Positions 18,781 to 25,951 of a stretch of 64,000 nucleotides of DNA are shown here, in pieces. This DNA comes from a virus, in the IMG/VR virus record IMGVR_UViG_3300012209_000005, positions 1-64,000 of that record, one strand, 5' to 3'. The position numbers were made by a program, and so were the translations under genes. Every line of letters starts with the position of its first letter. Position 1 is the stretch's first letter. The notes beneath the pieces were generated by a model that was given only the letters and a program-made list of their open reading frames with translations, was not told the origin of the DNA and made no database searches.

Positions 18781-19288
18781 CGGTTTGACAGATAGAAACG
18801 AAGCTGATAGCTTGTTCTTACTGCATGTGCTGGGTCCGCCAGATTGGCGCAGACCAGCTGTCTGGGGGAGCAAAGCTCCGCTTCCCTGGGGGAGCGAAAG
18901 CTCCCCTCCTGCCTCGGTGGTGGAACGGAACACGCTCCCTCGCAAGGGGAGAGATTGGCAGTATCGAGTCTGTCCCGAGGCTCAACCCCGGTCGTCTAAA
19001 GAAGATGCCTCCCCAACGGGGGAGAGGATGCCAGTGTCGAATCTGGCGCGGGGGCAAAGGCTGGGCCCGCGGCTCAGCCTAGGTGGTGCCGGAATAACCC
19101 TACGCGCAGGCTGGGGGTAACGGCAGTGCACGGCTAGAGCAAGGCAGAGTGCAATCGCATGAGCCGAGGGAGTGAGCACGCTCCCGGCTAGCCAAGGGTA
19201 GCAACCGGTGTACGGGTGTTCGCGTATTGTTATAGGCAACTCTGTGCCGCGAACTTGAGGGTAGCCAAACCCCTCCCACCGACCACAT

Positions 19289-19361
19289 GGGGCTTTAGCT
19301 CAGCTGGTAGAGCACCTGCATGGCATGCAGGGGGTCACGGGTTCGAGTCCCGTACGCTCCA
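19289..19361 (+). tRNA. tRNA-Ala(GGC)
   Basis: cctgc-ATGGCAT-gcagg, G3:U70. Confidence 0.9.
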
Positions 19362-19362
19362 C

Positions 19363-19521
19363 ATGAAAGGTAAGGCTAACCCGAAAACCCGGTCGGCCCT
19401 GATAAAGCCGCACGGGGAAGCCAGGAAAGACACCTGCCCGACATGCGAGAACGGGAAGCGGCGCAGGGTGGAAGACTGCAGCCTCTGCCAGGGCGGGGGC
19501 TGGGTGTGGGTCAGCGAGTGA
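19363..19521 (+). CDS. small Zn-finger protein
   Basis: CPTCENG...CSLCQGGG (DnaJ-like CxxCxGxG). Confidence 0.55.
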   Translation: MKGKANPKTRSALIKPHGEARKDTCPTCENGKRRRVEDCSLCQGGGWVWVSE

Positions 19522-19534
19522 AAAGGATGCGGAA

Positions 19535-19717
19535 ATGGCACGGTTCATCGCTATCGCCTGCCTCGCCGGCGGGGGAGCATGCGCAGCCTATGACATAGGC
19601 GTGAGGCACGTGCCCCTCACCGGGTGGCATGTCGACTCGCTGCAGGTCGTCGGATGGGTCCTGGTGGTCACCGGGATCATCGCCGCGGCGACGATCAAGC
19701 CTAAGGGGCTGAAATGA
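19535..19717 (+). CDS. small membrane protein
   Basis: 60 aa, two hydrophobic segments. Confidence 0.55.
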   Translation: MARFIAIACLAGGGACAAYDIGVRHVPLTGWHVDSLQVVGWVLVVTGIIAAATIKPKGLK

Positions 19718-19808
19718 AGCGGTCGGATCTCATCTTCTACACCGTGGCGGCAGCGCTGGCGCTGGCGTTCATCGTCCTGGTGTTCACGGGTCACATCAAT
19801 CCGAGCAG

Positions 19809-19880
19809 GTAACGTCTGGGTGTAGTTCAGCTTGGTAGAACGCCGTAACGTCTGGGTGTAGTTCAGCTTGGTAGAACGCC
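19809..19880 (+). repeat. perfect 36-bp tandem duplication containing a tRNA-Pro 5' half
   Basis: gtaacgtctgggtgtagttcagcttggtagaacgcc x2 (19809-19844, 19845-19880). Confidence 0.95.
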
Positions 19881-19881
19881 G

Positions 19882-19953
19882 CGGGTTCGAGGAAGGCGGA
19901 AATCCGCCTCGTTCGGGACGAGGAGAAGCCGGGTTCAACTCCCGGGAGCCCGA
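19882..19953 (+). tRNA. tRNA-Pro(CGG), atypical D-arm
   Basis: cgggttc/gagcccg acceptor, cctcg-TTCGGGA-cgagg, ccggg-ttcaact-cccgg. Confidence 0.78.
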
Positions 19954-19975
19954 CTTGAGAGATCGTCGCGAGTAT

Positions 19976-20350
19976 ATGCGTGTATACCAGCAGGCATGGC
20001 TTGCCGATAGACGCAAGAGAGCTATCGCGATTCTCGGCGGTAAGTGCGCCTGGTGCGATAGCGTCGAGGATCTTGAGGTTGACCATATTATCCCCGCCAG
20101 GTGGATGGGATACGAAAGTCCCGGAGGACAGCTATGGTCATGGTCATGGGCGCGCATAGAAGTCGAACTAGCGAAGTGTTGGCTTCTCTGCCAAGAGTGT
20201 CATCGCGTTAAAACTCGTGATGACATGCCTGACACTCTACATGGCACTCCGGGCATGTACCACAACAAGCGTTGCCGCTGCGATAAGTGCAGGAAGTGGA
20301 TGAGAAATTACAAGCGTGACTACAGGGCACGCAAAGCAAACGGGATGTAG
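19976..20350 (+). CDS. HNH homing endonuclease
   Basis: LGGKCAWC...LEVDHIIP...KCWLLCQECHRVKT...HGT..Y...CRC..C; lower GC than flanks. Confidence 0.88.
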   Translation: MRVYQQAWLADRRKRAIAILGGKCAWCDSVEDLEVDHIIPARWMGYESPGGQLWSWSWARIEVELAKCWLLCQECHRVKTRDDMPDTLHGTPGMYHNKRCRCDKCRKWMRNYKRDYRARKANGM

Positions 20351-20415
20351 CTCAGCAGGCAGAGCACCGCGTTTAGGCACGCGGAAGGCCGGGCGTTCGA
20401 AGCGCTCCATCCAGA
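20341..20415 (+). tRNA. tRNA-Pro-like gene with 8-nt anticodon loop (TTTAGGCA)
   Basis: C1:G72, A73, ccgcg-TTTAGGCA-cgcgg, T-arm gggcg-ttcgaag-cgctc; G2:A71 mismatch. Confidence 0.65.
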
Positions 20416-20486
20416 CGAAGGCTGGCGAAAGGAAACTCACAAGGGGACCCTCCCCGTGCGGGGGAGCGCCAGCCTCACCACCACCC

Positions 20487-20557
20487 CGGGATATAGTGAA
20501 GCGGTATAACACCTGCCCTGGGAGCAGGTGACGGAGGTTCGACTCCTCCTGTCCCGA
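20487..20557 (+). tRNA. tRNA-Pro(TGG)
   Basis: cctgc-CCTGGGA-gcagg (C33). Confidence 0.8.
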
Positions 20558-20632
20558 CGGGAGCATTCGCATGCGAGCAGCCCAGGACGCCCGTAAATAA
20601 CCTGGGTTCTCTCAATACAAAAACGGGCACAT

Positions 20633-20705
20633 GGTCGCCTAGCTCAAATGGTAGAGCGGTCGCCTGAAAAGCGACAGGTTGAGGGTTCGACCACCTCGGT
20701 GACCA
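20633..20705 (+). tRNA. tRNA-Phe(GAA)
   Basis: gtcgc-CTGAAAA-gcgac. Confidence 0.9.
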
Positions 20706-20708
20706 CGC

Positions 20709-20977
20709 GGCACGGTAGCTGCGCAGAGAATGGCGGTTACTTCTTTCACCGGATAAGTGAGTGGTTGCGGGTTCGAGTCCCGTCGCCTTAGCAGAAACCT
20801 TGCGGAAATGCCAGGGTTCCGCCTGGAAGGAAACTTCCGGGGAAGGGCCCCGAGCGTCGCGAGGCGGGGCGTAGTTCAATGGCAGAACGCTAACGATGCC
20901 TCCGGGGTTACACCCGGGGCAGCTCCCCCCGCGGGGGGCAGAAACCGCTCCTCGCCTGGTTCACTACCGTGCCACCA
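20709..20977 (+). ncRNA. YrlA-like Y RNA (permuted tRNA-mimic domain)
   Basis: Terminal stem ggcacggtag/ctaccgtgcc; T-arm gcggg-ttcgagt-cccgt precedes D-arm gttc-aatggca-gaac; ends ACCA. Confidence 0.7.
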
Positions 20978-20980
20978 TCT

Positions 20981-21087
20981 CCATGCCGGCTGCGAAGACA
21001 CAAGGGGTTACTTCGCCTGTCTGCGGAACAGGATCGCCCGCGAGGGCATCCGAGTCACCCCGCCGTCACAATGGTCCACCGGCATGG
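20981..21087 (+). ncRNA. second Y-RNA-like element without tRNA domain
   Basis: Terminal stem ccatgccgg/ccggcatgg; shares gctgcg.aga...ggttacttc leader with the preceding RNA. Confidence 0.5.
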
Positions 21088-21304
21088 CTCAACCCTCCTG
21101 GCCTCGCCTTCCCCATTGCGGCCAGGGGGCACGCGGTACCGTCGGCAAGGTACCGCCCGGGGGTGAGGTCCAGTATGCCACCGTCGTCTGGAGACCTCCC
21201 CCCAACAGGGAGGGTGCCCGGGGAGCGCACACAGTTACCCCTGGGCACCCTCCCGCCTATAGCGGAGCTTCGCTCCCCCGGGGCAGCCGCAGGCTGCGCC
21301 TCTG

Positions 21305-21375
21305 GCGGATGTAGTTCAACGGCAGAACCTCAGGCTTCCATCCTGATGACGCGGGTTCAATTCCCGTCGTCCGCT
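21305..21375 (+). tRNA. tRNA-Gly(TCC)
   Basis: tcagg-CTTCCAT-cctga, U73. Confidence 0.9.
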
Positions 21376-21376
21376 C

Positions 21377-21688
21377 GTGACAGATACCGAAAAGATCACC
21401 GGGAAGCTCAGCTACAAGCCCGGGTGGGCGTTCGCCTACGCGAAGGACCAGTTCTATGATGTGCTCATCATCAGCGGGCTGGTGCCCGACTCCCGGGACC
21501 CGTCCCGGATGCTGGCATTCGAGACGCGCAGGCCCGTTCCCGGGTACCTGCGGACCGCGAGCCAGGATGACTTCCTCGACTGGGTGGGGCAGCTGCTCCT
21601 CGAAGCCGAATACCATGAGCTGCGGGAGTACTTCCGCTACGACGGGGAGCTTGTAGACAATCCGCACAAGGTCAGAGGAGCAGTGTAG
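21377..21688 (+). CDS. hypothetical protein
   Basis: 103 aa, YKPGW...EYHELREYFRYDG...PH, GC3-rich. Confidence 0.7.
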   Translation: MTDTEKITGKLSYKPGWAFAYAKDQFYDVLIISGLVPDSRDPSRMLAFETRRPVPGYLRTASQDDFLDWVGQLLLEAEYHELREYFRYDGELVDNPHKVRGAV

Positions 21689-21848
21689 GTGCACACGGAA
21701 GGTCACCCCGCTTCCCGGGCGGCAGAAGGGGGCACATGATAATCTCATGGCCCTGCAGGTTCCTGATGTGCAGGCGCGGTCATGTGTGCACGCTCCGGGG
21801 ATGCCGGTGCGACTGCCACGCGAAGAGAAAAGAAGATCGCCGTATCAG

Positions 21849-21923
21849 CGGGATGTAGTTCAGCGTGGCTAGAACGCCTGCCTGGGGGGCAGGAGGCCGG
21901 GAGTTCGAGTCTCCCCGTCCCGA
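21849..21923 (+). tRNA. tRNA-Pro(GGG)
   Basis: cctgc-CTGGGGG-gcagg. Confidence 0.9.
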
Positions 21924-22037
21924 CGTGGTGAGAGAATGGATACGGATGAAGTTCAGGATGCCGCAGCCGGAGTGGCCCGACTACCTGTGCTGGGGTATCA
22001 TCATCGTCTTGCTGGTCATCATCCACATGGCGGCGAC

Positions 22038-22337
22038 GTGAAGCTGAAAGACAGCAAGATCTGCTGGAAGGGTCACGTGCCTCACCATGTAGCTGGATAC
22101 GAGGAGCCCCTGCGCACGCCCTGCCGGTTCGGGTACTGCATGATCCTGCGCTGCCCGAACTGCAAGCTGGAGTGGGGCGGCTATGGTCCGATCGACTGTC
22201 CGCATAAGAAGAACGAGAACGGCACCCTGCGGTCGTATAAATACCCCGACATGGACGAAAAGACCCATGTCGCAGTAAAGGAGAATAAAGACATGCGAAA
22301 GCCTAAGCGCTTTAAGCGCACCCGTAAGATCCGGTAG
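22038..22337 (+). CDS. hypothetical Cys/His-containing protein
   Basis: 99 aa, GTG start coupled to a small upstream ORF. Confidence 0.55.
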   Translation: MKLKDSKICWKGHVPHHVAGYEEPLRTPCRFGYCMILRCPNCKLEWGGYGPIDCPHKKNENGTLRSYKYPDMDEKTHVAVKENKDMRKPKRFKRTRKIR

Positions 22338-22403
22338 CTCAGTCTGGTTAGCAGCGTCCGACTCTTAATCGGCAGGTCGTGGGTTCGAATCCCACCCGGA
22401 TCA
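22328..22403 (+). tRNA. tRNA-Lys(CTT)
   Basis: loop CTCTTAA. Confidence 0.9.
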
Positions 22404-22432
22404 CGCACGAGCACACCGAAAGGAAGAGTAAC

Positions 22433-22675
22433 ATGGCATGGGGGCGCAAGTGCTGCAACAGCAACCGCGTCAAAGGCCAGCCTAACACGCGGTTCGCCTG
22501 CCAGTGCGATCTCACCAAGTGCAAGGGCTGCCGATGCAAGGGCTGCGGGCCTTGCAGGCAAAGGAGGCAATATGAAACCGGACTCGCCGAAACGCCAGGC
22601 TCCGGTAGCTTAATGGCAAGCGTCCGACTTTTAATCGGTTGTTATGCGGGTTCGACTCCCGTCCGGAGTACGTGA
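22433..22675 (+). CDS. Cys-rich small protein (reads through tRNA-Lys)
   Basis: MAWGRKCC..CQC..CKGCRCKGCGPC; AGGAAG RBS. Confidence 0.45.
   Translation: MAWGRKCCNSNRVKGQPNTRFACQCDLTKCKGCRCKGCGPCRQRRQYETGLAETPGSGSLMASVRLLIGCYAGSTPVRST
22599..22670 (+). tRNA. tRNA-Lys(TTT)
   Basis: loop CTTTTAA. Confidence 0.88.
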
Positions 22676-22716
22676 TCACTCCCCAGGGCATTATCGCTAA
22701 AACCAGGACGACGACA

Positions 22717-22821
22717 ATGGACAAGGTTGAGAAATGCTGCTGGGGCAGGACAAAATGCCACTGCTCTTCAGGATGCCCGTGCATCAAGACGCACGGCTGC
22801 ACGAAATGTGAGTGCACATGA
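22717..22821 (+). CDS. metallothionein-like Cys-rich peptide
   Basis: MDKVEKCCWGRTKCHCSSGCPCIKTHGCTKCECT (9 Cys/34 aa). Confidence 0.5.
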   Translation: MDKVEKCCWGRTKCHCSSGCPCIKTHGCTKCECT

Positions 22822-22996
22822 GGCACATGATGCGGATACACGGCCCCGGGAAAGACGAGGGCAAAAGCAAGCTGTGGAAGTGCCCGCACGGGTGCCTGGC
22901 GGTTCTCCCGGGTGCCACGACCGGGCGCAGGTATGCCGTGCGGCGGCCGAGGTGCGCATCCTGCCACCGTTCCATGACTGAAGTGAAGGACCGCTA

Positions 22997-23077
22997 GGGC
23001 GGCTGGCGGAATGGCAGACGCGCCGGCTTCAAGTCCCGGTGTCGGAAGACGTGAGGGTTCGAATCCCTCGTCGCCTA
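22997..23077 (+). tRNA. tRNA-Leu(CAA)
   Basis: loop TTCAAGT, long variable arm. Confidence 0.88.
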
Positions 23078-23090
23078 CGGTAGTAAATGA

Positions 23091-23164
23091 TCCCCTCTAG
23101 TTCATCTTGGCAGAACGCTCGGCTCTGGACCGGGAGGTACGAGGTTCGAATCCTCGGGGGGGAG
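23091..23164 (+). tRNA. tRNA-Gln(CTG)
   Basis: loop CTCTGGA, U1:A72. Confidence 0.9.
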
Positions 23165-23420
23165 CCGGGGTCGCGGCAATGATCCTGGAGCCGTGACCTC
23201 ACGGCTGCCGCGAACCCCGCTTGCAGGAGGAAGATATGAAAGAAGAAGGCAATGTCACATCACTCTCTCTCTGATGAGCACACGGTCAGGAAGACGGGCA
23301 GGAAAATCACGGTGACACGCTCCTGTTCGTGCGGGCTCTCCTGGATGGGCACGGGCCGGAGGCTGAGGAGCGCGGAAAGGAACCTGAAGTCGGCCTGGAA
23401 GAAGCATCTCGCATAGCCCT

Positions 23421-23495
23421 GCCTCCTTAGCTCATTCGGCGTAGAGCATGGCTCTCGTAAAGCCAAGGCGGCCGGTTCGATCCCGGCAGGAGGCT
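23421..23495 (+). tRNA. tRNA-Thr(CGT)
   Basis: tggct-CTCGTAA-agcca. Confidence 0.9.
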
Positions 23496-23496
23496 C

Positions 23497-23745
23497 GTGA
23501 ACATACACGACAGGAATCAGATGGTCCTCGGGATCGCCCGCGACCTGGGGGAGAAGTTCGGGCTGGAGCAGACGGTGCAGGACGCTTGCGGCGACCTGGT
23601 TTCCGGGGTTAGGATCAGCGAGGTGGTGATGTCTTTCAGCGAGGGACTGAGAGCCTCGGTGCCGATCTCCGGGAAGGTCGTAGATGATGGCGATATGCCG
23701 GAAGTGCCGGATGTACTCCGCGACGCGGGGGAAGTTGTGCGTTAG
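23497..23745 (+). CDS. hypothetical protein
   Basis: 82 aa ORF immediately after a tRNA. Confidence 0.5.
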   Translation: MNIHDRNQMVLGIARDLGEKFGLEQTVQDACGDLVSGVRISEVVMSFSEGLRASVPISGKVVDDGDMPEVPDVLRDAGEVVR

Positions 23746-23869
23746 ATGCTTCAAGGCTGGGGGGTAGTCACGCGCCGGTGCCCGCACTGTGACCAGCTGC
23801 AGTACCCCTGCCCGGTTTCCGAGTGCTGCTCGGGGGGCTGGAAGCACTTCGGGACCGGGCACCACGCAT

Positions 23870-23954
23870 GCGCTCGTGGCGGAACGGCATACGCGCCAGC
23901 TTGAGGTGCTGGTGAGTCGCAAGACTCGTGGGGGTTCAAATCCCCCCGTGCGCA
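23870..23954 (+). tRNA. tRNA-Leu(GAG)
   Basis: ccagc-TTGAGGT-gctgg, long variable arm. Confidence 0.9.
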
Positions 23955-24033
23955 CTGGTCCGGGGTCGTCAACCGGATACGGGCAGCTGATCGTCTTACC
24001 CGGGCGAGTGCCACTGCCCGTCCCCGGGCCTTT

Positions 24034-24107
24034 GCCAGCTTAGCTCAGCTAGGTAGAGCACCCGCTTTGTAAGCGGCAGGTCATCGGTTCGATCCCGTTA
24101 GCTGGCT
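24034..24107 (+). tRNA. tRNA-Thr(TGT)
   Basis: loop TTTGTAA. Confidence 0.9.
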
Positions 24108-24240
24108 CGAAGGGAACAGAAATGAGAAGATGCAAATACTGCAAGACCTTGCGGTTTAAGTCACAGCTGAAGCGCGGCGCAATGTTCGGCAACCGGATCT
24201 GCAAGAACAGGGAAGCCTGCGATAGGCGCAAGGCGGCTAG

Positions 24241-24313
24241 TGGGCGGTAGCTCAACCGGCAGAGCGTCCGGCTTTGGTCCGGAAGGTTCGGGGTCCGAAT
24301 CCCTGGCGCCCAG
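24241..24313 (+). tRNA. tRNA-Gln(TTG)
   Basis: tccgg-CTTTGGT-ccgga; T-loop TCCGAAT variant. Confidence 0.82.
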
Positions 24314-24328
24314 CAACAGGAGAATGTC

Positions 24329-24595
24329 ATGGAGATCATCGAGCTTGTCCCCGGGGCGCACTTCCCGGGCGCGGTGGAGCTGCCCAACAAGAACGTGCGG
24401 TGGGTGAACGGGACCAACAAGTCGTCCCCTGGAGGCAACTCCGTCCCGAAGAGGAAAGGCCGGATGGTCATCCCGGGCAAGATGCACGCCGATATCCTCA
24501 AGCAGTCGCAGGAGCAGACGAGGCGGCATGCTAAGATCCTGGTGATCTCCGGGGGCAAGAGGCGCTGGGTGCTGGCCAGCGAATGGAAGGACTGA
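24329..24595 (+). CDS. hypothetical protein
   Basis: 88 aa, AGGAG RBS. Confidence 0.6.
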   Translation: MEIIELVPGAHFPGAVELPNKNVRWVNGTNKSSPGGNSVPKRKGRMVIPGKMHADILKQSQEQTRRHAKILVISGGKRRWVLASEWKD

Positions 24596-24598
24596 CAG

Positions 24599-24805
24599 GT
24601 GGGCAGGCAGGAAGAAGAGCACAGCAAGCGGGAGCCGGTACCCGTCAGCTGGCGGGATAAGCACAGCCGCAGCCGCCATCGGACGGCGGTCCCGCTGAAG
24701 TACAGGGACCACCCGCGGCGGAGCTTCTCCACGCGGGCAGCCGGCTGGGTACTTGCGTTCATCGTGCTCTTCTGGTTCTTCCGTTTCGTGCTCCACGCAG
24801 GGTAA
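24599..24805 (+). CDS. small membrane protein
   Basis: C-terminal TM helix. Confidence 0.5.
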   Translation: MGRQEEEHSKREPVPVSWRDKHSRSRHRTAVPLKYRDHPRRSFSTRAAGWVLAFIVLFWFFRFVLHAG

Positions 24806-24811
24806 GTGCCA

Positions 24812-24884
24812 GCCGGGGTAGCTCAGTGGCGAGAGCGGCTGCATGGTAAGCAGCAGGCCCGGGGTTCGATCCCCCGTCCTGGCT
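24812..24884 (+). tRNA. tRNA-Thr(GGT)
   Basis: gctgc-ATGGTAA-gcagc. Confidence 0.9.
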
Positions 24885-24935
24885 CGATGTGGTAATATTC
24901 TCACATCAGGCGACGTGAGGATATCCTCACACCGC

Positions 24936-25009
24936 GCGGTTGAAACTCAGCCTGGTTGAGTACTTGCTTGCCAAGCAAGAGGTCGCGGGTTCGAATCCCG
25001 TCAGCCGCT
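24936..25009 (+). tRNA. tRNA-Gly(GCC)
   Basis: cttgc-TTGCCAA-gcaag. Confidence 0.88.
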
Positions 25010-25198
25010 CGCAGGAGGACCAGATAGGGATGATACTGGCTAGACACTGGCATCTCGGTCCTCCTGCAGGAACCGCAGAGGTCAAGGCAGACTGGAACGG
25101 ATAGCCCCAGCCTGGGAATTCGGCGGTTTCCTGGTGGGCTGGGGACCGGAGGCGCCCCCCTGATTCACCCTTGATGCCCCCGGTCCCCGCTTGTTGTT

Positions 25199-25269
25199 GC
25201 GAGCGTAATTCAGTGGCAGAATGCCAGCTTCCCAAGCTGGCCACGCGGGTTCGATCCCCGTCGCTCGCT
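25199..25269 (+). tRNA. tRNA-Gly(CCC)
   Basis: ccagc-TTCCCAA-gctgg. Confidence 0.9.
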
Positions 25270-25438
25270 CAAGGGATGAGGCTGCCATCCCCTAACCGCG
25301 AGAATCTTAGCCTACTGGGCAAGATGGCTCCGGGTATGCAGCAAGGCGATGCAGGTCCCGGGAGAAGATGCGCCCCCGGTCAAACGCTCCCCGCACCCCC
25401 CCTGAGAGGATAGTGTATGAGCTGCCTGCATCACCTGT

Positions 25439-25523
25439 GGGCGGATGGTGGAATGGCAGACACGCTGGCCTCAGGAGTCAGTGACCCGGAAGGGTCGTGG
25501 GGGTTCAAGTCCCCCTTCGCCTA
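25439..25523 (+). tRNA. tRNA-Leu(CAG)
   Basis: loop CTCAGGA, long variable arm. Confidence 0.9.
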
Positions 25524-25537
25524 CGGAAGGGAACGCG

Positions 25538-25945
25538 GTGGTGGACGTTAAGCAGGTCATCGTCATCCGCAAGGACCTGGGGATGCGCCGGGGCAAGGAG
25601 ATCGCCCAGGGCTCGCACGCTTCCATCGCGTGGCTGACGAACAGGCTGACGATGCTCGGGTACGTCAACCCGGGGGAGCGGGGCAAGTACGCCAGCTGCC
25701 ACCTGACCGAGGCGGAGTGGCAGTGGACGGACGGCAACTTCCGTAAGATATGCTGTGTCGTGAACAGCGAGGACGAGCTGCTCGAACTGGCAGCGAAGGC
25801 GAAGGCCGCGGGCCTTGTCTGCGAGGTCATCGAGGACACCGGGCTCACCGAGTTCGGGGGCGTGCCCACGCTCACCGCGCTGGCGATCGGGCCCGACTAT
25901 GACGAGAAGATCGACCCGGTGACCGGGAACCTGAAGCTTTACTAG
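25538..25945 (+). CDS. pth2: peptidyl-tRNA hydrolase, Pth2 type
   Basis: KQVIVIRKDLGM..GK..AQ..HA, W.....KI, I.D.G.TE....T.TALAIGP, ID.VTG.LKLY. Confidence 0.92.
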   Translation: MVDVKQVIVIRKDLGMRRGKEIAQGSHASIAWLTNRLTMLGYVNPGERGKYASCHLTEAEWQWTDGNFRKICCVVNSEDELLELAAKAKAAGLVCEVIEDTGLTEFGGVPTLTALAIGPDYDEKIDPVTGNLKLY

Positions 25946-25951
25946 GAGACG

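Larger units (their letters stand above)
18451..19286 (+). ncRNA. candidate large ornate ncRNA (GOLLD-like?) flanking or enclosing two tRNA-Ala genes
   Basis: No credible ORF; many hairpins with GNRA loops and long-range helices (see findings). Confidence 0.5.

Noticed and set aside
19809-19880. CRISPR array (36-bp repeat)
   Set aside because: Only two head-to-tail copies with no spacer; the unit is a tRNA 5' half; no cas genes
21070-21130. HDV-like/theta ribozyme (ccggcatgg...cctcct)
   Set aside because: Could not build the P1/P1.1/P3 nested double pseudoknot; better explained as the end of the Y-like RNA plus a hairpin
21790-21830. Cobalamin riboswitch (ggggatgccggtgcga..ctgcc)
   Set aside because: Only a partial resemblance; no B12 box and not upstream of nrdJ
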